A stretch of DNA of 64,000 nt. Origin: Candidatus Harrisonbacteria bacterium (lineage in GTDB: Bacteria; Patescibacteriota; Minisyncoccia; UBA6257; 02-FULL-45-10c). Position numbers and translations under genes: made by a program. Location: assembly GCA_016192685.1 (NCBI GenBank), contig JACPTS010000001.1, positions 97,710 to 161,709 of the forward strand. Reading direction: 5' to 3'. How positions within the stretch are numbered: the first letter of the stretch is position 1; the number at the start of each line of letters is the position of its first letter. Under the pieces are notes generated by a model. The model worked only from the letters and a program-made list of their open reading frames with translations, had not been told where the DNA came from and ran no database searches. Shown here in pieces: positions 1-9,746 of this stretch.

Positions 1-170
1 CCGACTTTATCTCTTTCCTGATTATTCTTATAAAAAGTTCCGGTTTCTACAACATTCCTGAGCGATTCCGCGTGCCGAATCAAAATCAGAGTTTTTAATG
101 ACACCCGACCTCCTTATAGAATTTTCAAGTTTCAGCTTTAATAATAAAATAACACGGATAAAAGGAATGC

Positions 171-623
171 TCAATTCCTTTCTTCTATATCCTCTATTTT
201 TCTTAACCGGCGCTGATGCCGCTCCTCTCCGGAAAACGAAGTGGCGAGCCAGACCGAAAGAATTTTTTTGGCGTCCTCTTCATTAAGATAATCGGCGGCC
301 AAACTTAAAACATTAGCATTGTCGTCGCTCCGGGAAGTCGCTGCTTGCTCAGTATTAAAAGCGAGGGCCGAACGGACATTTTTAAATTTATTGGCCGCCA
401 CATCCACGCCCACGCCGGAACCGCAAATTAAAATTCCCCGGGAATTTTCCGAATCCAAACTGATTTTCCGCGCTGCCAAAGCCGCGAAGTCCGGATAATC
501 ATCTGTTGGCACGTATTTATCATTTCCAACATCCACTACTTCATAACCGCTCTCTTTTAAATAATTTTTAAGGGATTCTTTAAGCTGAAATCCCCGATGG
601 TCTGCGCCAATATAAATAAGCAT
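171..623 (-). CDS. rpiB: ribose-5-phosphate isomerase B (RpiB/LacA family)
   Basis: 150 aa. N-terminal IYIGADHRGF and the ICGSGVGVDVAANK block are characteristic of RpiB. Confidence 0.88.
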   Translation of the reverse strand: MLIYIGADHRGFQLKESLKNYLKESGYEVVDVGNDKYVPTDDYPDFAALAARKISLDSENSRGILICGSGVGVDVAANKFKNVRSALAFNTEQAATSRSDDNANVLSLAADYLNEEDAKKILSVWLATSFSGEERHQRRLRKIEDIEERN

Positions 624-742
624 ATTTAATTCAAAATTTAAAAATCAAAATGCAAAATTTTTGAATTTGTTTTTAACAAAATTTTAAAAGAATTTTTTAA
701 TTTTGAATTATCATTTTTCATTTTGATATTTACATTTTACAT

Positions 743-1765
743 TTACAAAGTTTCTGCCGCTTTTAAAACATGCCCAACTAAAGTCGCCACATACCCGGCT
801 TCATTGTCGTACCAAGAAAACACGCTTACCAAATCGCCATCCACTACTTGAGTAAATTTCAAATCTACAATCGCGCCATGGAGATCGCCAATTATATCCG
901 AGGAAACCAGCTGATCTTCAGTAACCTTTAAAATTCCCTGCCAGCGTTTTTCTTTAGCCGCTTTTCTAAAAATTTTATTGACTTCTTCAACGCTGGTTTT
1001 TCTTTTGGTAAGAAAAGTAATAACCCCCATGGAACCGCTGACAATCGGCACCCGCAGCGCCACGCCGTCAAATTTTCCCTCCAATTCCGGCAACGCCCGC
1101 ACCACGGAAATCGCCGCCCCGGTAAAAGACGGCGCAATGTTCTGCGCCGCCGCCCGGCCGCGCCGGAAATCCTTTCCTCTAGTCGGGCCGTCAACTAAAT
1201 TTTGGGTGGCGGTATAGCCATGAACCGTATTTAAAAACGCTTTTTTAATCCCGACAGTTTCCGACATTACCGCTACCACCGGCGAAGTGGCATTAGTGGT
1301 GCAGGAGCCGTTAGAGGTAATTTTACAAACTTTAAATTCCTCTTCATTTACGCCAAGCAAAACTGTTTTCGCGTCTTTCCGTTCCGCGTCTTTTGCCGGC
1401 GCGGTAATGACCACCTTTTTGGCACCGGCAGTCAGATGCACCGAAGCTTTTTCAAAAGATTCAAACGCGCCGGTGGATTCCACCGCAATATCAATTTTCA
1501 TTTCTTTCCAGGGTAATTTAACCGGGTCTTTCTCCTGAAACACCCTTACTCGTTTTCCGTCTATTACCAACTCATTATTTTTCACCTTTACTTCGTTGCC
1601 AAACTGCCGATAAACCGTGTCGTATTTCAAAAGATAAGCGAGATTTTCAATATCGCCCAAGTCATTAACAGCGACAATGTCCAAATTTTTATTATTCCAA
1701 ACCTGCCGGAAAAATAGCCGGCCAATCCGCCCAAAACCATTAATTGCGATTCGCGTTTTTGCCAT
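743..1765 (-). CDS. gap: glyceraldehyde-3-phosphate dehydrogenase, type I
   Basis: 340 aa. N-terminal INGFGRIGR Rossmann motif and catalytic SNGSCTTN block (variant of SNASCTTN). Length and C-terminal WYDNE motif fit GAPDH. Confidence 0.92.
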   Translation of the reverse strand: MAKTRIAINGFGRIGRLFFRQVWNNKNLDIVAVNDLGDIENLAYLLKYDTVYRQFGNEVKVKNNELVIDGKRVRVFQEKDPVKLPWKEMKIDIAVESTGAFESFEKASVHLTAGAKKVVITAPAKDAERKDAKTVLLGVNEEEFKVCKITSNGSCTTNATSPVVAVMSETVGIKKAFLNTVHGYTATQNLVDGPTRGKDFRRGRAAAQNIAPSFTGAAISVVRALPELEGKFDGVALRVPIVSGSMGVITFLTKRKTSVEEVNKIFRKAAKEKRWQGILKVTEDQLVSSDIIGDLHGAIVDLKFTQVVDGDLVSVFSWYDNEAGYVATLVGHVLKAAETL

Positions 1766-1783
1766 AAAAAATTATTCTTTTAA

Positions 1784-2977
1784 TTATACAACTTTCTTGT
1801 GCTGATTTAAATGAATGAATACCAGAAGTCCCGCTGCCATCATCACCGCTCCGTAAAGAATAGCCACGTCAGAGCCAAATTTAGTCCAAATCAGGCCGCC
1901 GATTACTCCGGCAAAAAGCGAGGAAATTCCGACTGCCGCATTCAAAAATCCTTGTCCGCTCGCCAGTCTGCCGGCCGGCACCAGCCTGGAAGCCAGCGCC
2001 CGCTCTATTCCGTCGGTCATTGCTGAATATAAACCCAAAATAATAAAACCAAAAACTGTTCCGATAATAGTTGATAGAAAATAAAGATTAGCATAAGCGA
2101 TAATGGCCGCGAGAAATCCGCCAGCCAGCACTTTTTTCTCGCCAATCCAGTCGGCTAACTTTCCAGCCGGAATCGCAAAAATTACAAAAGAAAGATTATA
2201 GATAAAATACATAAGAGGGATGGAAAATCCGTTCAGACCGACTTCTTGAGATTTTAAAAGCATCAGCGGAACCGGCATAAATCCCAATCCAAAAAGAAAA
2301 ACTGCCAAAATATATTCTTTAAAAGCAGTACTGTATCCGCTAAGCGAAAAAGTAAACGGCGGCTTAACCGCTGTTTCTTGACCAGTCGTTTCTTTCTTAA
2401 CGTCTTTTACAAAAACAAAAGTTACCACCGCTAAAATTCCAGCCGCAAAGCCAATTTTAAAAATCGCGCGATAGTCATTCAGAAAAACCGGCAAAAGCGC
2501 CACTGCCGCCAGCGGCCCCAGAGTGGCGCCAACGGTATCCATGGCCCGGTGATAACCAAAAGATTTTCCAAGCTCGCCGGATTCCACTGATTCGGAAATC
2601 AGCGCGTCCCGCGGCGAATCCCGCAAGCCCTTGCCAACCCTGTCAATCGCCCGCAACGCAAACACCTGCCAAAAACCAGTCACTAACGCCAAAAACCAGC
2701 GGGTGGAAACGGAAAGCGCGTAACCGGTCACTGCCAGAATTTTCCGCTTGCCGATTTTATCGGAAAACCAGCCAAAATAAATTTTTAAAACGCTGGCCAG
2801 CGCGTCGGCAAAACCCTCAATCAATCCTACCAAAACCGGCGGCGCGCCAAGAGTAATAGTTAAAAAAGCCGGCATCACCGACTGAATCATCTCGGATGAA
2901 AAATCATTCAATAAGCTTACTAAACCGAGAAAAAATACATTCCGCCGCAGGCCAAAAATTCTTCGTTCGTTTCCCAT
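1784..2977 (-). CDS. MFS transporter
   Basis: 397 aa with about 12 predicted TM helices. MFS-like GxxxDRxGRR-type loop (FSDKIGKRK) after TM2. Confidence 0.78.
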   Translation of the reverse strand: MGNERRIFGLRRNVFFLGLVSLLNDFSSEMIQSVMPAFLTITLGAPPVLVGLIEGFADALASVLKIYFGWFSDKIGKRKILAVTGYALSVSTRWFLALVTGFWQVFALRAIDRVGKGLRDSPRDALISESVESGELGKSFGYHRAMDTVGATLGPLAAVALLPVFLNDYRAIFKIGFAAGILAVVTFVFVKDVKKETTGQETAVKPPFTFSLSGYSTAFKEYILAVFLFGLGFMPVPLMLLKSQEVGLNGFSIPLMYFIYNLSFVIFAIPAGKLADWIGEKKVLAGGFLAAIIAYANLYFLSTIIGTVFGFIILGLYSAMTDGIERALASRLVPAGRLASGQGFLNAAVGISSLFAGVIGGLIWTKFGSDVAILYGAVMMAAGLLVFIHLNQHKKVV

Positions 2978-3444
2978 TAATATAATAATACCCTATCGCC
3001 GATTTTCAGTCCCATTTTTTTAACTAGCCCGGCATTGATTTCCAAAACTTTGTCCGCTGGCGCGGGCGGGCTATAAAATGGATAATCGCTTCCACTGGCA
3101 GTCGGCAAATTTTCCGAAAAACCAATAATCTCATCACTGCGAATCCAAACGATATCCAAAGAAAATTTCATGCCAGACATCCAAAAACTTAGGACGGCAG
3201 CGTCAGGAAAAATAAAAAACATTCCTTGATTTTCCGGCAAATTTTTCCGCCCCGATAAGCCCCGGGAGTGTTCCGACGGCTCATCGGCAATTTCCACCAA
3301 AAATTTATTTTGCCCCACCTCTAAAATTTGAGTGGCTGACAATGGGAGCGGGGGCATTAATAAAAATCTAGTCAGTCCCCCAAAAGCCAGCAAAATTATA
3401 AAAACTCCCAAACTAACAAAAATTCTTTTAAAATTATTTCGCAT
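2977..3444 (-). CDS. DUF192 domain protein
   Basis: 155 aa with an N-terminal TM/signal segment. Contains GMFFIFP...FWMSGMKFSLDIVWI, typical of the DUF192 (COG1430) core. Confidence 0.6.
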   Translation of the reverse strand: MRNNFKRIFVSLGVFIILLAFGGLTRFLLMPPLPLSATQILEVGQNKFLVEIADEPSEHSRGLSGRKNLPENQGMFFIFPDAAVLSFWMSGMKFSLDIVWIRSDEIIGFSENLPTASGSDYPFYSPPAPADKVLEINAGLVKKMGLKIGDRVLLY

Positions 3445-3907
3445 AGAGAAAATGAAAGGTGACTATGCCAAAGGCTACCGCCACATTAAGCGATTCTTTC
3501 TTGCCCCGCATCGGAATTTCCAAAATCTTGTCCGCCTTTTTCAAAATCGCCCTTGATATTCCACTTACCTCATTACCAAAAACAAGGGCGATTTTGTCCT
3601 GAGCTGGTCGAAGGATTACCTTATAATATGGAATCGCCTTTTTATCCTGCTCCACGGCCCAAATTTCATATCCTTCTTTTTTTAATTTATCCATCAATCT
3701 GCCGGCAGATTTTGCCTTTTCCCAGGCAACGGTTTTTTCCGCCCCCAGCGAAACCTTGACAAACTGCTGGCGCGGCCGGCCAAAGCGGTCAAAGGGGTCC
3801 GGCGTAATGCCGGCAAGATAAATTTTCGCGATACCCGCCGCATCCGCCGTCCGAAAAATTGAACCGGTGTTATGAAGGCTGCGGATATTGTCTAAAATGA
3901 CAACCAT
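3434..3907 (-). CDS. SpoU/TrmH-family RNA 2'-O-methyltransferase
   Basis: 157 aa. N-terminal LDNIRSLHNTGSIFRTADAAG and the C-terminal ESLNVAVAFGI motif III of SPOUT methyltransferases. Confidence 0.8.
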   Translation of the reverse strand: MVVILDNIRSLHNTGSIFRTADAAGIAKIYLAGITPDPFDRFGRPRQQFVKVSLGAEKTVAWEKAKSAGRLMDKLKKEGYEIWAVEQDKKAIPYYKVILRPAQDKIALVFGNEVSGISRAILKKADKILEIPMRGKKESLNVAVAFGIVTFHFLYAK

Positions 3908-3988
3908 TAATACAATATAGACAGAAAATAAAAAATAAACTAGTATATATTTACAATCAGAGAGAATCCCAATCGGATAGAGGGAAAA

Positions 3989-4756
3989 ATGAACCTTAAA
4001 AATTTATCGTATCTGCCAATAGCTTTTTTGCCATTTTTCATTAATGGCTGCGTCTCTATGGCGGCAAGAAAAGTTAATGAGCCATTAATAGAAATTATCT
4101 GGGCTGAAGTTAAAAAAATGACAAATTTAGACCCAAACCAGCCTCTGCCAGCCATCAATTATTCAAAAAATTGTTATGAATATAACAATACCCAATGTTA
4201 CGGCAAAGAACTTTGTGACCCGGAAGCAGAATGGAAAAGAGTTGAAGAATTAAAGAAAAGCAATAAAAAAGAGTGGAATAAATGCCGTAAAAAGATAAAA
4301 ACCACTGCCTTAGGAATCTATTATTATCACTGCCAAACTATCTGGATTTGTCTTAACAATACAAATAAGTATCATTGGGAATGGACATCGGGCTCTGGCG
4401 GTTTATCCTTGGGCCTAAAAGAAAAAGAGGCGGCTTTCTATAACACTATTGCCCATGAATTGCTCCATCATGCTTTATTTCTTAAAGGAATCAAAAGGGA
4501 AAATCACCGAATAATGAAAGAAGAGGGGTATCTGGAAAAAGTTATTGACGTAATCAGCCGCCATCTTGATTTGCCGCTTAATGGGCTTCAGAAAGAAATC
4601 AGCATGGAAAGCCTGGAACGAGGCATCCAACTGGATAGAGACAATAATTATAAAACTCTGGAAAGGGAAGGCCCTTTTATAGTGAAATGCGGCGCAGGTA
4701 ACGATGAAATCGTATACCATGAGAATTACGGTAATTTTTATATAAAATGCGATTAA
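3989..4756 (+). CDS. hypothetical Cys-rich lipoprotein with HExxH motif
   Basis: 255 aa. Signal peptide ending FFINGC (lipobox-like), many Cys, and IAHELLHH (HExxH zinc-metalloprotease signature). It is the only + strand gene in a minus-strand block and is locally AT-rich. Confidence 0.5.
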   Translation: MNLKNLSYLPIAFLPFFINGCVSMAARKVNEPLIEIIWAEVKKMTNLDPNQPLPAINYSKNCYEYNNTQCYGKELCDPEAEWKRVEELKKSNKKEWNKCRKKIKTTALGIYYYHCQTIWICLNNTNKYHWEWTSGSGGLSLGLKEKEAAFYNTIAHELLHHALFLKGIKRENHRIMKEEGYLEKVIDVISRHLDLPLNGLQKEISMESLERGIQLDRDNNYKTLEREGPFIVKCGAGNDEIVYHENYGNFYIKCD

Positions 4757-4761
4757 TAAAT

Positions 4762-4787
4762 AAAGCGCCTGCTAAAGGCGCTTTTTT
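4762..4787 (+). terminator. Rho-independent terminator
   Basis: Hairpin agcgcct-gctaa-aggcgct followed by tttttt, immediately after the stop of the 3989-4756 gene. It overlaps the convergent gene's end. Confidence 0.75.
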
Positions 4788-5269
4788 AAAAGAGAAATGG
4801 ATTGGTGAACGAAAAATATTAACAATCCTGCTCTATATACAATATCGCCCGGGCTTAAAAAATAATTTCCAATCAATATGATGTCGGCCAAAAAAATTAA
4901 TTTGGTATTGCCATTAATAAATTTGTGCTCCGGGCCTTCAAGGGCTTCGCCAGTTATCGGCATTGCGCCGCCATTGGCTATCATTACAGAAAAATTCATT
5001 AGTATCCCAATAATCGCGGCATTTAACCCCGCTTGCTTCCAATTCAAGGTTAAAAGCCAAAGCAAAACCAAAAATTGCAATACCAATTTCGTCACAGCGT
5101 CGATTCCTAAATAATTACAGGCGGAATTAACTAAAATGCCGAATAAAAGCGGGGAATATTTTTGAATCCATTTCGACAAGCTATCAAGATTAAAAAAGTG
5201 AAATAAGACGCCAACCACGAAACAAAATGTTGCTCCGCTTCTTAAAAATTCCATCAGCCGCTCCAGCAT
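4772..5269 (-). CDS. hypothetical polytopic membrane protein (possibly DUF5317-like)
   Basis: 165 aa with 4-5 hydrophobic helices and a conserved-looking ANGGAMP motif. The family assignment is tentative. Confidence 0.45.
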   Translation of the reverse strand: MLERLMEFLRSGATFCFVVGVLFHFFNLDSLSKWIQKYSPLLFGILVNSACNYLGIDAVTKLVLQFLVLLWLLTLNWKQAGLNAAIIGILMNFSVMIANGGAMPITGEALEGPEHKFINGNTKLIFLADIILIGNYFLSPGDIVYRAGLLIFFVHQSISLLKKRL

Positions 5270-5334
5270 TGGCTTCTCTTATAAAATGTCCAGATGCTAA
5301 TTAAATTATAACAAAAAATTGATAATTTGTCCAA

Positions 5335-5370
5335 TAAAAAACCACCGTTAAGACGGTCGGTGATTTTTTC
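5335..5370. terminator. weak bidirectional terminator-like hairpin
   Basis: A-run, then caccg...cggtg stem, then a T6 run, downstream of the 5348-5617 gene. Confidence 0.35.
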
Positions 5371-5617
5371 TTAAATGCCAGATAATTGAAATCAAAACCG
5401 TATTCATAAATATGCCGGCAATATTTAAAGCCACCATCCATTGATTATTAATTTCCAATCCGTAAAAAATCCAAACAATTCCGGAAACAATAACCAAAAT
5501 AATGCGCGGAAGCGATAGCTCGTCCGAATATCCTTTTTCCAAAATTAATTTTATCTGGTGCGCCATTCCAACGATTAAACAAATCAAACTTAAAAGCGGC
5601 GCTAGTTTCGCGAGCAA
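5348..5617 (-). CDS. small 3-TM membrane protein, SemiSWEET/PQ-loop-like
   Basis: 89 aa with 3 TM helices. Size and pattern (xQIKLIL...SLPRI...WIFYG...N) resemble the SemiSWEET/PQ-loop family, but it has HQ rather than the canonical PQ. Confidence 0.4.
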   Translation of the reverse strand: MLAKLAPLLSLICLIVGMAHQIKLILEKGYSDELSLPRIILVIVSGIVWIFYGLEINNQWMVALNIAGIFMNTVLISIIWHLRKNHRPS

Positions 5618-5681
5618 ACTTCCTCCTTTTCAATTTTCAAATAACTTAATTAGTTTAACAAAAATTAAAGAATAAAAGTAT

Positions 5682-8600
5682 CTAAGGCGCCAGGCCGATT
5701 TTAAAATACCAATCCGAAAAAGAATCCGGATAAGGAATAGTAAAATCGCAATAGCTGTCGCAGAGGCCGCTGTTCCCCTTTCCGGCCTGGCCGCCGTCAT
5801 AAAGGTCAGTGCCGGTATTAATCGCGTTCTGCCATTGATTTCGGAAAAATCCGGTATTACCGCTGCTGTAATTTTTAACGTCCAAAACCAGCCAATAAAT
5901 TTCTCCATCGGATAAAGAAACTGCTTCGTCAAAATTAAAAGATAGGTCGGCGCCGGAATCCGGATTGATTAAATTGAGAATGGTTTTTTCAGCAAGTAAA
6001 AAATCAAAATCCGGCAAACCGCCGTTATCCGGATAAATTGAAAGCCGGACATCCGCCGTATCGCTGACCGTCTCCTGCTTCAGCCTTAAAACAACCGTAT
6101 TAAAATCAAAATCCCCAACCACCTCAAGGCTTTGCAGGCTGGCAGTATCCGGACAAGACGGGCAGTTGGGATTTTTTACGCCAAAACTGCTGCTCCAGCC
6201 GTTTGCCTCGGTTTGGCTTATATAAAATGTAGTGGGCGGATAAGACCAGCTGGTGGTGGCGACGGAAGAATAATTTCCAAAATCATCTTTGGCCCGAACG
6301 CCGATTAAAAAGCTGTCGCCGGCAGAAACCGCCTTATTGGCAGTTATGGAACTGCTGTTATTCTGCCACGCCCAATCCGCCAATTCAGTAGTGGTAGAAT
6401 AATTAATCTCATAGTTAATCAAATTTTCTAAAGTATCAGAGTCACTAGCATTCTGCCAATTCAAATTCAATTCTGACTGGCTTGCGTCAAAATTTATTTC
6501 CAAACTGCCGTTAAAAATCGGGGCCTGATGAGTAGGCGCGCTTGCCTGAAAATAATATTTCGTCCGATCCAGCGCCGCTAATTTAAATTTCTGGTCTCCG
6601 CCGCCGGACTGATAAAAAGAATACAGCCCGACCGCCACAAAATCCGAGTTCGTGAAAGTAACGCCATCCGTAGTGGTTGCCAATTCTAATAATAAATGCG
6701 GGTCTTCAAGATTGCTGAATTGCAAAGCCGAATTTTCTACCCCGCCGCCATTACTGCAACGCGCTGCGGTGTCCGGAAGAATCAAAGAATAGCGCTCGGG
6801 ATTTCCGCCGGCGCAACTGGGATATTTTATTTGTAAAACTCCGTTAATAACTGACGATTGCCAATTATTAGCCGCATTTAATTCTAATTCTGCCGGCGCT
6901 TCCTGATTTAAATAAAAAACCAAAATTTTCCAAGTGCTTTGCGCGCCATTTTGATAAATATCAGGAACAAACGGATAATTGACGTAAGAAAAATCCAAAA
7001 GATATTTTTGGCTGGTGGTGCTGCGAGTATCTTTATAGAAATATAAATTAGTAAGCGGCGAAGTAACGCTAAGATTTTTGCTGGTGGTACTGCCGGTTAA
7101 ACCGTCGCGGTCTCTCGGAGTAATAGAAAATAAATAGGTGGTGCCCAATTCTTCTCCAACAAATTTATAACTGCTGGTAGCGCTCAAAGCCGCTAAATCT
7201 TTCAAGGAATTGGTGGAGGTGGCGTACCGCAAAAAATAAGTGATGGTAGAAGTAGCGGCATAATCCTGCGACTCACTCCAATTTAAAATCAGCTCCATCG
7301 TGCTGGAGCTGAAGCTGGCATTCAAAGTCTGAATGGCAGTCGGAGCGTTTCGCGGCTCCGGGAAACTATGGCTGTTTTGGGGATTGGAAGTTGCCCGAAT
7401 TTCAAAATCACTGCTATTACTATTAGTATCGCAGCCATTGCCAAGATATTCCCCGCTGCCTGATGCGGAAACACAGCCACCGCTATAGGCTTTTCGTTCC
7501 AGGCTTTGATTGGCGCCGGGATTGCTGGCAAAAACCGTTCCTTCCAGAAAAACATTTTGCGCTTCTCCCCAACCGACACTATCAATAATCGTTCCCGTAT
7601 CTATTGCGCCTTGCCGAAGCGCCACGGCATTATCATCGGCAATGGTTGCCGTGGTAGTCGCGTCCGGCGTTACAGCAATACTGACATAATTGCTATTTGC
7701 CCAAAGATAAAATCCTTTAGCTGGAACAAAAGCATCACTGGTCCAGGATTTAATGCTCGTATCAGTTGTTCCAGTTTTAGTACGCTTCACCAGCCGATAG
7801 CCGTTTAAATTTATTGACGAGTCGGTAGGATTATAAAGTTCAATAAAATCATTGGTAGTCTGTCCGGTGCCGCCAGTGATTTGAACTTCACTGATTACCA
7901 AGTGAGAAGTCCCGTCGGAAACGCTTGGGGTGGGAGTGGAGCTGGTGCCGCCGGAAGAACCGGAATCCATTTCCGAACTAACAACGAAACTATTTTCCTT
8001 TTTCGGCGTTCCGAAAATATTATTTTCGCCGTTGCCGCTATAAGTATGCCAGCTTAAATCCGAGGAACGTTCCATGGTTTTTCTTGCTGTGCTTTCTCCA
8101 GCCGGCCAATCCAGATTAGCCATCGCTTCATCAACAAGCGCGCAATTTTTATCAAAAAGACGCAGTCCTTCATCAGTATTAGAAAGCGCTCCTGCGTATA
8201 TAGCATCCGCTACCACGCCCGGAACCGAATCATCATCTGTCCGTTCCAAAAGCAGAAAAGCGCCTGCTCCTAATTTAGTTCCGGCCGGAAAAGTAATTTT
8301 AATCTGCTCACTTTTATCCAAAATCTGCCAACCGGAAATATCCAACTGTCCGCCGGAAATATTTTTGACCTCAATCCATTCATCATTAGCGCTTGCCGTC
8401 CCGCCCATCCAAGCCACCTCGTTAATTAAAAATTTCTGGTGATTTGGCGATTGAACAGTTTCATATTTACAAACCGGAAAAGTTGCTTCCCCTTGTCCGG
8501 CGCCAGCCGCGCCAATCGAAACTGATACTGTTTGCGCAGTCGCGGCCGCCGAATTTAAAGTCGCCGATCGTTGGTCGTTAGTTAATGATTGTCGCGCAAC

Positions 8601-9740
8601 GCGCTCCGCCACATCCTCATCTTGATTATCAGCTAAAATAGTCCCATCAATCTTATCCGCCCTATCGGAATTATTTTCCCCATCAGCCCCGACTGCCGCA
8701 TTCTGAACACTCACGCCATCGCCATTGTTATTGTTCAGCGGAATCTCCGCCACCAGCGCCAAACCGCTGGTATCTGCCTCCTTTCTCAAAAATTTACTGA
8801 AAAAATCTCCGACAGTTTCCGAAACTTGCGCTAACATTGACCCGGATCCATCAGTAACACGTTCCCCGAGATTAGCAATAAATTTATTAGCGCCAACCAC
8901 CGCATTACCTCCCGCGCCGGCAATTGGGTCAGCAACCGCCAAAACTGCTCCCATCGCTTTATGCGCGAGCGTTAGCTCTGGCGGATCAATACATAATTTT
9001 TGTCCATCCTGAATATTATTTTCTGACAATTTATTAAGTGACGCCTGGATATCAGAAATAATTCTGCCGCCTCGGTATTTTAAATACACATCAGAAAAAC
9101 TATGTCCCAATGAATCATCGCCGCTTTGCAATTCAATATGAGTATTCGAAGTCATAATGTTTTTAAAAGGCGTGCGAGCCGCTATGCCGGCAATAATCGT
9201 ATCCGTGTCAGAAGTAAGCCATTTCCCATCTCCGGCAACCCGGCTGGCAGGCGTAGCAACGCCATACACGCCGATTGATTCTTTCGGAACGCCGCCAACC
9301 TTGTCCGCGACTACATCATAAAAACTATTGGCATAAAAATTGCCCTGCGAATGGGCAACAAGAAGCAATTTTTGGGTGCGAACCTGCTCGCTGGCGGTTT
9401 TCAGCATTTCCACCAAGTCATAATCCTCAACTTTGCTAGAATCAAAAACTTTTTGATAAACAGCTACTGCAATATCCCCAAGACCTCCAAGGTGGGAGGG
9501 ATTGAGAAGATAATCAATGGTGAGAGGTTCATTGCTGTGCGTGTCAGGCAATATACGTTTCAAATTATCTCTATTTTTAATAGCACCGTCTTCATCAGTA
9601 AACACTCCATTTATCGTAGCAACAGTATAGCCCGTAGATGAACAAAATCTATTATTTGTTTGAGCTAATGTTGTAAGAGGAATTAAAGTTGTAACTACGA
9701 CAACTAAAACTATTTGAGATTTTATTAAAAAATACCTCAT
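5682..9740 (-). CDS. giant secreted surface protein: lipase-like domain plus lamin-tail and FN3-like repeats
   Basis: 1352 aa with a signal peptide. N-terminal region carries LLLVAHSQGNFY (GxSxG serine-hydrolase nucleophile elbow). At least two lamin-tail domains (LINEVAWMGG...DEWIEVKN...GWQILD and LVISEVQITGG...DFIELYN...GYRLV), plus Ser/Thr-rich linkers and beta-rich repeats. Confidence 0.8.
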   Translation of the reverse strand: MRYFLIKSQIVLVVVVTTLIPLTTLAQTNNRFCSSTGYTVATINGVFTDEDGAIKNRDNLKRILPDTHSNEPLTIDYLLNPSHLGGLGDIAVAVYQKVFDSSKVEDYDLVEMLKTASEQVRTQKLLLVAHSQGNFYANSFYDVVADKVGGVPKESIGVYGVATPASRVAGDGKWLTSDTDTIIAGIAARTPFKNIMTSNTHIELQSGDDSLGHSFSDVYLKYRGGRIISDIQASLNKLSENNIQDGQKLCIDPPELTLAHKAMGAVLAVADPIAGAGGNAVVGANKFIANLGERVTDGSGSMLAQVSETVGDFFSKFLRKEADTSGLALVAEIPLNNNNGDGVSVQNAAVGADGENNSDRADKIDGTILADNQDEDVAERVARQSLTNDQRSATLNSAAATAQTVSVSIGAAGAGQGEATFPVCKYETVQSPNHQKFLINEVAWMGGTASANDEWIEVKNISGGQLDISGWQILDKSEQIKITFPAGTKLGAGAFLLLERTDDDSVPGVVADAIYAGALSNTDEGLRLFDKNCALVDEAMANLDWPAGESTARKTMERSSDLSWHTYSGNGENNIFGTPKKENSFVVSSEMDSGSSGGTSSTPTPSVSDGTSHLVISEVQITGGTGQTTNDFIELYNPTDSSINLNGYRLVKRTKTGTTDTSIKSWTSDAFVPAKGFYLWANSNYVSIAVTPDATTTATIADDNAVALRQGAIDTGTIIDSVGWGEAQNVFLEGTVFASNPGANQSLERKAYSGGCVSASGSGEYLGNGCDTNSNSSDFEIRATSNPQNSHSFPEPRNAPTAIQTLNASFSSSTMELILNWSESQDYAATSTITYFLRYATSTNSLKDLAALSATSSYKFVGEELGTTYLFSITPRDRDGLTGSTTSKNLSVTSPLTNLYFYKDTRSTTSQKYLLDFSYVNYPFVPDIYQNGAQSTWKILVFYLNQEAPAELELNAANNWQSSVINGVLQIKYPSCAGGNPERYSLILPDTAARCSNGGGVENSALQFSNLEDPHLLLELATTTDGVTFTNSDFVAVGLYSFYQSGGGDQKFKLAALDRTKYYFQASAPTHQAPIFNGSLEINFDASQSELNLNWQNASDSDTLENLINYEINYSTTTELADWAWQNNSSSITANKAVSAGDSFLIGVRAKDDFGNYSSVATTSWSYPPTTFYISQTEANGWSSSFGVKNPNCPSCPDTASLQSLEVVGDFDFNTVVLRLKQETVSDTADVRLSIYPDNGGLPDFDFLLAEKTILNLINPDSGADLSFNFDEAVSLSDGEIYWLVLDVKNYSSGNTGFFRNQWQNAINTGTDLYDGGQAGKGNSGLCDSYCDFTIPYPDSFSDWYFKIGLAP

Positions 9741-9746
9741 ATAAAT

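Noticed and set aside
98-286. 62-aa + strand ORF at the window start
   Set aside because: It overlaps the 3' end of rpiB on the opposite strand and has no motif support.
928-1538. Several 60-90-aa ORFs antisense or out of frame within the GAPDH gene
   Set aside because: They are embedded in a high-confidence CDS. Their Arg/Pro-rich low-complexity translations are typical of antisense frames.
5630-5932. 100-aa minus-strand ORF overlapping the C-terminus of the 1352-aa gene
   Set aside because: It is an alternative-frame ORF fully inside or overlapping a strongly supported long CDS, with no recognisable motifs.
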